The notes below the pieces were generated by a model, which saw only the letters and a list, made by a program, of their open reading frames with translations, was not told the origin of the DNA and made no database searches. 64,000 nucleotides of DNA, taken from Octopus sinensis (Eukaryota). A program made the translations under genes and the position numbers. Positions 1 to 11,355 of the stretch are shown one piece after another. The stretch is taken from the NCBI RefSeq assembly GCF_006345805.1, contig NC_043016.1, positions 6,262,001 to 6,326,000 on the forward strand, written 5' to 3'. Every line of letters begins with the position of its first letter. Within the stretch, counting starts at the first letter, position 1.

Positions 1-88
1 TTTATTTAAAGCAGCAGAAAATTCAATGAACGGCAACGTGAAACTCAGAGTAACAGGTTTTGTTGAATTTTCTGCTGCTTTAAATAAA
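1..88. mobile_element. Short hairpin MITE with 26-bp perfect terminal inverted repeats
   Basis: TTTATTTAAAGCAGCAGAAAATTCAA at 1-26 is the exact reverse complement of 63-88, with a 36-bp spacer. It may be clipped by the window start. Confidence 0.7.
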
Positions 89-177
89 GTATATATATAT
101 ATATATATATATATTTGTATGTATGTATGTATGTATATGAATATATGCATACATTATACTTATATACATATATGCAT

Positions 178-937
178 AATTCCATCAGGAATCATTGCAG
201 AGATGCTCAAAATATCTGGCGGTGTTGGCTATGGCATAGTCACCCGTATAGTTAACCAGGTGATACGCGAAGGAGTCATACCCAATGACTGGTGTAGCAG
301 CATAATAGTCAACTGCTACAAAGGTAAAGGTGACACTTTAGATACAAATAATTACAGAGGTGTCGAATTGCTGGATCAGGTAATGAAGGTCACGGAGAGG
401 GCCATAGCTCAACTAATTAGGGAGAGAATCAGTTTAGATGAGATGAAGTTTGGTTTCATGCCAGGGAAAAGCACCATTGATGTTATATTTCTGGTAAAAC
501 AGCTGCAGGAGAAATACCTAGCCAAAGATAAACCTCTGTACCTGGCTTTTATTGACATGGAGAAAACCTGATCCCTTATCTGGTGGTCAATGCGGAAACT
601 AGAGGTAGATGAGTGGTTAGTGAGAGATGTACAAGCAATGTACAGGGATGCTGTCAGTAAGGTGAGGGTTGGCAATGAGTGCTGTGAAGAATTCCGGTAG
701 ATGTAGGGGTCCACGAAGGTTCAGTCCTCAGCCCACTCCTATTTATCATAGGCACTAACAGAGGAATTCAAGACAGGATGCTTCTGAGAGCTCCTCTATG
801 CTAATGACCTTGCTCTAATTGCTGAGTCTCTATCAGAACTTGAGGAGAAGTTTCAGGTGTGGAAACAAGGATTAGAATCGAAGGGCCTTAGAATAACCTA
901 GCTAAAACCAAAGTTCTAATAAGTAGGAAGGCAAACG
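178..937 (+). mobile_element. RTE-clade LINE reverse transcriptase fragment (pseudogenised)
   Basis: Translation includes AEMLKISG, NYRGVELLDQVMKV, FGFMPGKSTIDVIF, LAFIDMEK, and downstream LLYANDL (decayed YADD). Same family as 28128-30752 and 55575-58642. The N-terminus of ORF 26..571 is microsatellite read-through. Confidence 0.9.
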
Positions 938-1034
938 TAAGAGGTGCAGCAATATCAAAGCAAGGCTAAATGGGAAGATAGTTTTTGTATGTGGCAGATG
1001 CTCAGGAGCAGTATAAGGCTCTTATATATTTATA

Positions 1035-1240
1035 AAAAATGGATGTGTTATAAAACTAATTGGCACATACAATAACAACTATACCAACAATCTAACATAC
1101 CTCCATCATCAGCTACCACACAGATATTACTATGGTTTTGACACCTTGGCATTACCATTCAATCTAGCAGTCTCAACGGCTCTAAAATAAGTGTTGTTTG
1201 GAAACAAACATACCTTTGATATCATCACATTCATTCAGTC
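1035..1240 (+). repeat. Unclassified dispersed repeat, homologous to 41440-41640
   Basis: GGATGTGTTATAA...ATACCAACAATC...ATACCTCCATCATCAGCT...TATGGTTT recurs reverse-complemented at about 41440-41640. Confidence 0.6.
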
Positions 1241-1437
1241 TTAATTCAAGGAAGGATTAAACACTAACATTATTAGTTAAACTACAACAATATATATATA
1301 TATTATATATAGAGAGATAACAGACAATTGCGCTTGGCAAAGCCCCCTGGCTTGCAAACTCTTGTCAAACTATCCAACACTTGCTAGTATGGAAAACACA
1401 TTAAATGATGAAGATGATTGACATGTGTATATCATCA

Positions 1438-1485
<48 letters not shown>

Positions 1486-1489
1486 TGAT

Positions 1490-2870
1490 GTTGACAGGTG
1501 CCTTCAAGGATACAGACACCAGCATCAAACACAGCACTGATGACTCACTCTTTAACCTCAGGAATCTTCAAGCAAACACCAAGGTCTTGACAGACATCAT
1601 CAATGTCTTCTTGTTTGCTGATGACACTACTCTCAATGCTGCCACCAAGGTTGACATGCAGCTCAGTGTTGACAAATTCTCCGAGGCTTCTGACAAATTT
1701 GATCAGTACAAAGAAGTCGGAAGTAATGCATCAGTGAATTTCTGGAAAGCCTTACACTGAACCCACCATTAACATCAATCAGCAGTGACTGAATGAAGTA
1801 GTTAAATTTCCATACTTTGGAGGCACACTTACCAGAAATGGTATTGATGATAAGGTAACCACCAGACTCAGGAAGACAAGAGTTGCTTTGGCAAACTCTG
1901 GAAGAAAATGTAGAACAAGAGAAGTATAACCCTAGAAACAAAACCAAGTTCATAGTTCTCAGATCTCTACTATATGGCTGCAAACTGTGGATTGTCTCCC
2001 AATGTGATGCAAAGAAACTGAACTGCTTCTATACTGTCTGACTCAGAAAAAGGTCTTGGCATAAAGTGGGAAGACAAAATCCCAAACACTGAGGTATTTC
2101 CCCATGCTCATCATCATCATTGTTCGACCGTGGTCGAGACAATGGGATTTACCATGCTACGCCAGACTTCACGGTCCATCATGGCATTACGGAGGTCCTG
2201 TTGCTGGATGCCTGTATCCCTGGAGATTACATCAGGGTAGGAGAGTGTGCGCCCTCTGGTATTGCGAGTAGATGGCTTCCAGAGGAGAAGAGTAGAAATT
2301 ACTTCTTTTTCAGCTCTGCAACAATGTCCAGCAAACTGGACTCTCCTACCTTTCACAAGAGATGACACAGGTGGTAGTTTCCCATATATTTGCATTTTGG
2401 TTGGATGCTAGTCTGTCCAGCATCTGCACTATACTGACACAGTCATAGCTTCACTGAGAAAGTCATGTAGTTAGCAAGCCAAACCACCAACACCCAAAGA
2501 AACTATTATATGGCAAACTCCAACAAGACCAACATTTCCAGAAAAGCTTCAAAACCACTTTAAAAAGCTATCTCTGAAGGTCTTTAGCATCTGTTGTCAC
2601 ACAGAAGCAGATAGATCAGGACAGAAGCAAATGGTAACCAACTGTCTGTAAGGAGAGTCAAAACCTGCAAAGCCAACAAGATTGCTGCAAATGAGCAATA
2701 CAAGCAGACCAGGAAAACCATCACCATCTAATCTCCTGCTATAACCACCATTCCTTGTCCATATTGCTGGAGAACCTTCTGAATGTTGCTTGGCTTGGTC
2801 ACTCACCAATGCACCCACAAAGCTCAAACACCACCCCAACTGCACGATGACTAGATGGACCTTGTTGCTG
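1490..2870 (+). mobile_element. BovB-like RTE LINE, RT and C-terminal part, interrupted at 2109-2404
   Basis: LFNLRNLQANTKV...FLFADDT motif, KIPNTEV, then after the insertion SLSSICTILTQS, KLLYGKLQQ-like, and a C-terminal TIPCPYCWRTF zinc-finger-like tail. Many stops and frameshifts. Confidence 0.8.
2109..2404 (-). mobile_element. 5'-truncated 3' end of a second RTE-type LINE with (TGA)n tail
   Basis: ORF 2117..2395 reads RRVQFAGHCCR...RGRTLSYPDVISRDTG...DREVWRS, stops, and runs into TGATGATGA. ATGCT flanks both sides (2104-2108, 2405-2409). Confidence 0.85.
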
Positions 2871-2879
2871 ATGGACAAA

Positions 2880-2922
2880 CATACATATGTATATATATAT
2901 ATATATATGTATGTACATATAT

Positions 2923-2953
<31 letters not shown>

Positions 2954-2976
2954 TATGTATGTAGTATGTATGTATG

Positions 2977-3010
<34 letters not shown>

Positions 3011-3050
3011 TGTATGTATGTATGTATGTATGTATGTATGTATGTATGTA
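2880..3050. repeat. Compound (TA)n/(TATG)n microsatellite
   Basis: Read directly from the sequence. Confidence 0.95.
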
Positions 3051-3374
3051 TAGAATTCCCATGCTTCTTTCTTTATTGAGAGACATTTATTATTGTCCAT
3101 GAAAATGAAGTTTTTGATGGTAATGCATGGCTGTTTCACTCATCAACACCAGATTTAAAATTAAATAGCTATGGTGATAAGAGCTATTTGCCTAAGTAAA
3201 ACTATTTTACTTTCTATAGAATTACTAGGTACCGTAGACTTATTTTGCTGGTGAGGATCAATAAGTTGTGGCTACTTTATTTTTAGGAGCTTAATAGAGA
3301 AAGGTCTGTGGGGTGGGTTTTGCTATTGGTCCACAATAGTCTTATATTCTGCTGAAAATCTTACAAAGAGTGTT

Positions 3375-3890
3375 TCCTTAATCCTTTTGTTATCATACTT
3401 ATGTTGAAAATACACATAATCCATTTGTTATTATATTTATGTAGAAACACACTTAATCCTTTTGTTATTTCTCTTGAAATACACTGCCTTTCTGAAAATA
3501 ATACAGAATTTAGTGAAATAACTTTCATTAAATTGATATTTGCAGTGTAAATTAACTTGAAATTTTGATGGAAGGTTTTACATCTAGAGCACTTTAAAAC
3601 CAAAAGTTTGCATCATAGGATCAAGAGCAGTCTCAAGTGGATCAGTATTAAAAGGGTCAAACATTTAGTTACGATATTTCTACTGAAATAGAGTATTTGT
3701 TTCAATAGTTTTTAAAATAATGAAGAATTTAGTAAAATAACTTTCATGATTGAGCTGATGTTTAGAACATAAATTAATGTGAAATTTTCATCAAGGTTAT
3801 AATTAAGATCACTTAAAGCATGAGGTTTGTACCATAGAATCAGGGGCAGTCTCAGGCAGGCTGATACCAAAGGTGCTAACAAAAGTTACA
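3375..3890. mobile_element. Decayed tandem relics of the TTAA-flanked MITE family seen at 36268-36478
   Basis: TTAATCCTTTTGTTAT starts at about 3378 and 3453, and an AAAAGGGTCAA end at about 3660. The shared core GAATTTAGTAAAATAACT matches the reverse complement of the 36.3-kb copy. Confidence 0.55.
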
Positions 3891-4186
3891 GCTTTGGTGC
3901 TTAAAGAAAACTACTGCTTGAGCAAGTTATCCATCTATTTTCTCCGCCCACAATTCTTACAGGGTTGTGGGGATAGAGTCCTCAGGCACCCCCTCCATAG
4001 GGTCCTATCAGGACTTACTATCATTACATCATCACACTTTTTTGCTAGATTCCCAAGTGTAACTAACTTAGACAATGGTTGTCATCCATCCATCTCATTC
4101 TTGGTCAATTTCTAAGTCATGTGGCCAGTTGGCTTAGATGGAAGAATCTATGACATTTTAATCATGTGCCCATCGTACCAGGGCTG

Positions 4187-4830
4187 TGTGGAGGCACATG
4201 GCTTAGTGGTTAGGGTATTGGACTCGTGTTCATAAAATTGTGGTTTTGATCCCTGGACCAGGCAACATACTCTTTACTCCTTTACTCTTTTACTTGTTTC
4301 AGTCATTTGACTGTGGCCATGCTGGGGCACCGCCTTTAGTCGAGCAAATCGACCCCAGGACTTATTCTTTATAAGCCCAGTACTTATGCTATCGGTCTCT
4401 TTTGCCGAACCGCTAAGTGACGGGGACGTAAACACACCAGCATCGGTTGTCAAGCAATGCTGGGGGGACAAACACAGACACACACACATATATATATATA
4501 TACGACAGGCTTCTTTCAGTTTCCGTCTACCAAATCCACTCACAAGGCATTGGTCGGCCCAGGGCTATAGCAAAAGACACTTGCCCAAGATGCCACGCAG
4601 TGGGACTGAACCCAGAACCATGTGGTTGGTTAGCAAGCTACTTACCATACAGCCACTCCTGTGCACTTCAGCAAAACATTTCATTTCATGTTGCTCCAGT
4701 CCACTCAGCTGGTAAAAAGTAGTAATCCTCCGACAGACTGACATCCCATCCAGGTAGGGATGGGAAACCATCCATGCCATGAAACCCCGGGAAACCGGCC
4801 CTTGTGAGTCAGTATGAGTTGAGAAGGCAA
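4187..4830 (+). mobile_element. tRNA-derived SINE (family B), split by an inserted SINE
   Basis: Head GGAGGCACATGGCTTAGTGGTTAGGGTATTGGACTC...GGTTTTGATCCCTGGACC (A/B-box-like) at 4187-4268. The body resumes at about 4666 (AGCAAAACATTTCATTTCATGTTGCTCCAGTCCACTCAGCTG). A related head lies on the minus strand at about 36050-36190. Confidence 0.7.
4270..4665 (-). mobile_element. Full-length tRNA-derived SINE (family A) with internal CA/TA tract and (AGTAAAAG)-like tail
   Basis: The minus strand begins GCACAGGAGTGGCTGTATGGTAAGTAGCTTGCT...GGGTTCAGTCCCACTG and ends GAAACAAGTAAAAGAGTAAAGGAGTAAAG. Partial copies at about 5290-5415, 31810-32040, 34195-34375, 48500-48605, 50270-50425, 53400-53680, 54385-54500 and 55440-55540. 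Confidence 0.8.
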
Positions 4831-5422
4831 CTTCAATGTTATGTCACCAGAGTTGTAACTTCTCAATGCAAAGTAGTAGTGGCTTGATCTGGAGAGCCTC
4901 CCTGACCTCTGAGTAAAGCACCTTGTTGAGTACTATTAATCCTGAGACTCTTCAGAGGAATACCAGCTCAGTCACTTGTGTTTACAATTGTACTCATTCA
5001 GTCATTACCTGACATTCATGACCATTGGCCTACATACCCAAGTAACCAACTTTCCTGTCATACTATGTCCTTTACAATTTACATCATTTATCACTTACCT
5101 GTTTTTCTTCTATATTTTTTTAATATTTTTATTTTGTGCCATTCATCAATTATTTTTTCTATCCCAAACTAGACCAAAAACAGAATGATAGTATAATTAG
5201 GATTCATAAATATTATTTCCAAATTTGTATATTGCACGAGTGTATGCCTATGTGTGAGAATATGTGTTTATATATATATATATATTCCTCTCTTTTATTT
5301 GTTTCAGTCATCTGACTGCGACAATGCTGGAGCATTGCCTTTAGTTGAAGAAATCGACCCCAGGACTTTCAGTTGTCAAGCAAAGGGTGGGACAAACTCA
5401 GACACACACACATGTATATATA

Positions 5423-5791
5423 TCATCATCATCATCATCATCATCGTTTAACGTCCGTTCTCCATGCTAGCATGGGTTGGACGGTTCGACCGGGTATCTG
5501 GGAAGCCAGAAGGCTGCACCAGGCTCCAGTCTTATCTGGCAATGTTTCTACAGCTGGATGCCCTTCCTAACGCCAACCACTCCGTGAGTGTAGTGGGTGC
5601 TTTTTACGTGCCACCCGCACAGGTGCCTGGGGAGGCTGGAAACGGCCACGGTCGGATTGGTGCAATTTACGTGCCACCGGCACGGAAGCCAGTCGGGGCG
5701 GCACTGGCATCGGCCACGATTCGGATAGTGCATTTTACATACCACCAGTCCAGGGGTCCTGGCATCTGCCGGGTGCCAGTCATAGGATTGG

Positions 5792-5795
<4 letters not shown>
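5423..5795 (-). mobile_element. RTE 3'-UTR copy with (TGA)n tail
   Basis: (CAT)n-CGTTTAACGTCCG...CCATGCTAGCATGG...GGATGCCCTTCCTAACGCCAACCACTC and about 3 GTGCCACCGGCAC-type units. Confidence 0.9.
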
Positions 5796-5861
<66 letters not shown>

Positions 5862-6399
5862 CATATAAATTTGACATGGGTGATTCTTTCTTGTCTTGGG
5901 ATTCACGGTCAAATGGCTGGGTGGGATTGTGCGAAAAATTACACAGATGTGTAGAATGATCTGGTGGTGATGCTGGGCTTTGTATTTTTTCATAGCTCCC
6001 ATGGTTACTGAGATTATCTACTATAATAATACTCATGTGTTTAGGAATGAGAAAGGAAGGGGTGATAGAGGAATAAGGAAAGAAGGGGGTGATGTCATAC
6101 TTGGTAGTGGGATGATGAAAGTTGCATGCTGAAAAAAAAATCAAACAGCATTTCAACTCTGTGTGAATATATGTGTGTGTATGTAAAAGGGGGGTATGTG
6201 AATGTGTGTGTGAGTGCATGTGCACGTGCAGGGGAAGTGGGATGGTTCATCTTTGTTCGCTTAGTATTTGGGTTTATATTTTGATTTGGTTGAATCTTGG
6301 TTGTTTCTTTTTTTTTGTTGGTCAGTTATTTTTAGCGTTTTGACAAAAAAAAGTCATTCTAAAATTGATTTTTAATGTAAGTATGCCCAAACAAGTCAA

Positions 6400-6471
6400 A
6401 TGCTTACACAGAGCAGGTTTTACAGCTACATCATCCAAACAAACCGGGTGAAACCGGGTTTAGCTGCTAGT
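6400..6471 (+). mobile_element. Helitron-like 3' terminus
   Basis: GC-rich hairpin AAACCGGGTGAAACCGGGTTT at 6441-6461, followed by CTAG at 6467-6470 and then T, which is the canonical Helitron 3' end arrangement. Confidence 0.55.
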
Positions 6472-6554
6472 ATATATATATATATATATTAGAGAGAGAG
6501 AGAGAGAGAGAGAGAAGGAGAGAGAGAGAGAAGGAGAGAGAGAGATAGATAGAT

Positions 6555-7020
6555 AGATAAGGTAATCAAGGTAGTCAGAGTATGTGACAGAATACTTAAG
6601 ATTAAATTAGTGCTCCATCATGGGTTAGCAACCATTATCTCGGCCTATGCCTCTCAGCTGAGGCTACTCAATGGACAGAAAGACCGATTCTATGACACCC
6701 TCTTGCAGACTACTGTGTTGACGAATGACAGGGACCTTCTCTTTGTGGCTGGTGACTTCAATGGACACGTTGGACTACATACAGGGAGCTTCCATAGCAT
6801 ACATGGATGCTACAGTTTTGGTTCCCGCAATGAGGAGGGAACCAGGCTACATTTGAATGTTGGGCCTCAAGGAGGCAATGACAGATGATTGAAATTTTTG
6901 TCAATATGCTGTGCTTGAGAAGAAGAGCCATCAGGCCAAGTGAAATCGTAGTTGTGGCAGATATTGGTGTCACACAAATGGCACTCACGCCTGTGGCACA
7001 CAAAAGTACCCATTACACTC
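6555..7020 (+). mobile_element. Internally deleted RTE: AP-endonuclease fragment fused to 3'-UTR fragment
   Basis: IISAYA...FYDTL...VAGDFNGHVG...GSRNEEGTRL (APE motifs) runs to about 6850. It is then joined directly to decayed 3'-UTR sequence (GCCTGTGGCACACAAAAGTACCCATTACACTCTC). Confidence 0.75.
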
Positions 7021-7039
7021 TCACTATTCAAGACTTTGA

Positions 7040-7726
7040 CCAAAACCAAAAATCTAACAGAAAAAATGACAGGTGGTTATGTGCAGATCCTTCTGAAATA
7101 CCCAGAGTGATGCACACAAATTTTCCAGCACCTGTGATGGTTTTAGGAGTGGTGAGTAGTGATGGTCATGTGATACCTCCCCACTTTTTTCCACAGTCTT
7201 AGAATTAATGCTGCTGGATACATTGAGGTACTGGAAACTGTTATCAAACCCTGCTTTGATGAAGTTTGCAATGGAAGGCCATACGTGTTTCAACAAGACT
7301 TCGCATCTTCTCACAAAGCCGTAGTCACCCAAGAATGGTTGTTAAACAATTTTTGTGATTATGTAACACCCAATATGTGGCCTCCAAACTCACCAGATTT
7401 GAACCCCATGGACTAATATGTGTAGAGTGCAGTTGAATGGGAGACTAATCATCATCCTCACACTACCATAACTTCACTGAAGGCCACCATTGTCCAAGTG
7501 GTGTCCAAAATGACAAAGGACCATATAGTGTCAGCAAGCCAACAGTTTCAGTTCCGCATTGAAGCAGTCATCAAAGCCAAAGGCAATTTCATAGAATAAT
7601 TTGCTTAAAAAATCATTATTAACCTAATTGCACAAATGTTTATTCAAATACATATTTATTTATGCTGAAATATAGTTGTTTTATTGCATACCAAAGCTCT
7701 CCTCAAATACCCCTTGCACCCTTGTA
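7040..7726 (+). mobile_element. DD37D (maT-like) Tc1/mariner transposase C-terminal half and right end
   Basis: VMVLGVVSSDG...VFQQD-x37-D(NPMD*Y), counted from the sequence. Ends CACCCTTG-TA at about 7726. Confidence 0.85.
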
Positions 7727-7728
7727 TA

Positions 7729-9012
7729 TCAGATTGAGTAAAAAGTAAGCAACATTTTGAACCATGAAGAATTTGTACTGGATTTGTGCAGAGTTTTGAA
7801 TTTTTTTTTAATGTTTTTTTGCAATTGTCTGATAATATAGACAAAGCTTTGCCTAAATGCATCAATAAATTAACATTGATATTTTTTTCACCATTGTTAC
7901 AATCAACTGAAAAGGAACTGTCAAAGTGCGATATTCAGCCAATTTTGCTATTCAACTTCAAAAAAGAACATAAAGCAGCTGAAAGTGCTCGCGATATCAA
8001 CGAAACATTTGGTGAGGAAATGACCAGTGAGTGGTCAGCTTAAAAATGGTTTAAACGATTTCACAGTGGAGACCTGAGCCTTGAAGATCATGAGCATAGT
8101 GGACGCCCATCTGTTATTGATGATGGTCAATTAAAGACCATCGTTGAGAAAGATCCACATAAAACCACTTGAAACCTGGTGAAAGAACTTCAAGTTAGCC
8201 AGAAAACTGTCTGCAACCATTTGCATGCAATCAGAAAATCAAAATATCTAGACAAACAGGTACCACACAATTTGAATGAAAATCAGAAAATGCACAGATA
8301 TGAAATTTGGTGTTGCTTCTTCTCTGTAACCAGACCGATCCATTTCTCAACTGTATTGTAACTTGTGATAAAAAGTGGATACTGTACGATAATATAAAAC
8401 ATTCTTCGTAGTGGTTGGACTAGAATGAAGCACCGAAAACTTTCCTAAACATGAGCTCTTCAAAGAGAAGGTTATGGTGACTGTTTGGTAGTGTACTGCT
8501 GGACTTATCCACTATAACTTCTTAAAACTCAGAAAAACCATTACTGCAGAAACATATTGCCATGAAATTGCCAAAATGAATGAAAAACTGATACTCCTCC
8601 ATCCCAGACTGGTCAATGGAAGAGGGCCTCTCATTCTTCATGACAATGCTCAACCATACGTTTCACTAATGATGTTCCAGAATTTGAGGAAACTTGGCTA
8701 TGAAGTTCTTCCCCACCCAGCTTATTCCCCCGACCTTTCTCCTACCGACTACCACATTTTCAAGTACCTTAATGGTTTCCTGCGAGAGAAAGATTTCGAA
8801 AATCAAACTGATGCTGAGAGTGCATTCAAAGAGTTCATCCGCTCCAGAACTTCAGATTTTTATGTTACCAGAATAAACAAACTTGTATCTCGTTTGAAAA
8901 AATGTGTTGATTGTAATGGTACTTACTTTCATGAATAAAATTTCCACATGGTTGAAATATATTGTGACGAATTTCATGTTTCAAAATGTTGCTTACATTT
9001 TACTCAACCTGA
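7729..9012 (+). mobile_element. Full-length defective mariner (DD34D) transposon
   Basis: TIRs TCAG(A/G)TTGAGTAAAA(A/T)GTAAGCAACATTTT at 7729 and ending at 9012, flanked by TA. Length is 1284 bp. The transposase at about 7918-8938 has VPH, HDNA-x-YSPDLSPTD with D-34-D spacing, and several stops and a frameshift. Confidence 0.95.
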
Positions 9013-9359
9013 TATATATATATAAGCTAAATTTAGATTCAGTAGGGTATATAATACCACTTCCTAAAAGGCTCCAAAACCACCAGAAACTCACAGTAAA
9101 AATACATACAAGCAATGGTCAGAACATATGAGAAATAGGCTTACCTTTGCTTTGATTACATCAGTAAGTAATGTATATTTCAATACCAAGTGATTTCACT
9201 CTCTGTATGACCAACATACTCTGGGATCTTCAGTTGAAAATAAAATTTTAACATCTATTTCTAAAATATTCACTACATTATATGTATATATATTAGGTAC
9301 AGGTTGAAATGTTCCTGGCTTGGGGTAAAAGAAAATATAGGAGGATCAATTAATCATTC

Positions 9360-10158
9360 TCACCACATAACCATACCAGCACAGTCATCTCTCTTGCACA
9401 CCATATCTGATGCTTCTTAAATCCAACTTTTCTTTCAAAGTACTTAAACTCTGTCGAGTATGTACACTGACATTACACATCCATCGGAGCATACTGGCTT
9501 CATTTCTTGTGAGCTTACGCATGTCCTCAGCAGTCACAGCCCATGTTTCACTGCCATGTAGCATGGCTGTTCATACACATGCGTCATACAGTCCACCTTT
9601 TACTCTGAGCAAGAGGCCCTTTGTCACCAGCAGAGGTAAGAGCTCTCTGAACTTTGCCCAGGCTATTCTTATTCAAGCAGCTACACTTTCAGTGCACCCT
9701 CCCCTGCTACTGACTTGGGCACCTAGGTAACGGAAGCTATCAACTATTTCTAGTTTTTCTCCCTGGAATGTGGCGGAAGTTGTTCTCTGCACATTTTCAG
9801 TGTTTATTGCTCCTGAGCATCTGCCACATACAAAAACTATCTTCCCAGTTAGCCTTCTTTTGATATTGCTTCACCTCTTATGTGTCCATAGCTTGCACTT
9901 GGTGCATGTTATAGAGTTTCTACCTACACCTTTTCTACAGATCGAGCAGCGCCATCTACCTGAAGGGATTTGTGGTTTGCTTGCCTTCCTACTTATTAGA
10001 ACTTTGGTTTTAGCTAGGTTATTCTAAGGACCTTCAATTCTAATCCTTGTTTCCACACCTGAAACTTCTCTAGTTCTGATATTGACTCAGCAATTAGAAC
10101 AAGGTCGTCAGTATAGAGGATTTCCCAGGGGCACCCTGTCTTGAATTCCTCTGTTAAT
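9360..10158 (-). mobile_element. RTE LINE fragment (end of RT, PHD-like segment, C-terminal domain)
   Basis: Same family as 57212-58642: WEILYTDDL, GRWRCSICRKGVGRNS, RIAWAKFRELLPLL. Confidence 0.9.
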
Positions 10159-10213
10159 TATATATATAAATATATATATGTGTGTGTGAGTATGTGTGTG
10201 TGTGTGTGTGTGT

Positions 10214-10256
<43 letters not shown>

Positions 10257-10934
10257 ATGCAATTAACATAATTACATTAAGCTAACTAACTAACTTTTTG
10301 TTAGCTGTATAAAATCAAGCTCTTATGGAAAGGTCATCTTTCACATTTTTTACCTTCCTTGTTATTGCTCTGTCTCCTCTTCAATTGGCCAAATCATTAG
10401 CATATTGGATAGAATGCTTTGAGGTATTTGTTCCAAACCTCTACTCTTTGAATTCCAATCCCACTGTGGTCAACTTTGTCTTTCATTCTCTCAGAATCTA
10501 TCAAGAAAATTCCAATCCAAGACTTGTTTGAGAATTGGGTAAGATGCCTTGTGGTATCTGTTCTTCCTCTTTGTACTTTGACACTGATATCTACGATGAA
10601 ACTGGTGCCAAGCTCTAATGGTCTAAGTTGGCAGCATTTCTCTTGGATAAATATTGATGACATGGAAAGGAGAAACTTGCATGCAAGAACAACAGTTAGT
10701 CTTTCTGTAAACCTTCTTTTCACACCTGTGCATACTTATGCAGATGCATTATCAATCTTGCTCAACAGACACCTCATAATAACAAACATACTATAACAGG
10801 AGAAACATGTCTCACTAAAACAAGGCATTGTGTTATTTTTGTTTTTAAACAGAATAAATGAGATTTAGTGCAAGGGCTACCTTGGCTATTTGATTGATGT
10901 TCTGAGAATTAGTTACTAATAATAAATTTATTGC

Positions 10935-11176
10935 TATGGATGGCACATAAAAAGACCATTTGGGTGTGGCCGTTGCCAGTACCACCAAACTGGCCCTCGT
11001 GCCGGTGGCACGTAAAAGCACCCACTACACTCTCGGAGTGGTTGGCATTAGGAAGGACATCCAGCTGTAGAAACTCTGCCAGATCAGACTGGAGTCTGGT
11101 TCGCCAGTTCTCAGTCAAATCATCCAACCCATGCTAGCATGGAAAGCGGACGTTAAACGATGATGATGATGATGAT
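10935..11176 (+). mobile_element. RTE 3'-UTR copy with (TGA)n tail
   Basis: GTGCCGGTGGCACGTAAAAGCACCCACTACACTC...CCATGCTAGCATGGAAAGCGGACGTTAAACGATGATG. Confidence 0.9.
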
Positions 11177-11355
11177 GTGTGAATAAAAAGTTAACTTTGC
11201 AACTTCAGAGAGTTTAGAATTAAAGCTTCTTTGTACCTCCAGGCAAAAATCTTCTATAGTCTCAAGTTAACCAATCCCCTGTGCAGATCTTGTCTTGTGC
11301 ATACATATCATCATTGTTGTCGTTATCATCATCATCATCATCTGCAGCAGCAGCA

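Noticed and set aside
5600-5780. CRISPR-like alternation of a palindromic repeat and spacers (also at 55753-55935)
   Set aside because: The 'spacers' are homologous to each other, the array lies in a LINE 3' UTR, the context is eukaryotic, and no cas genes are present.
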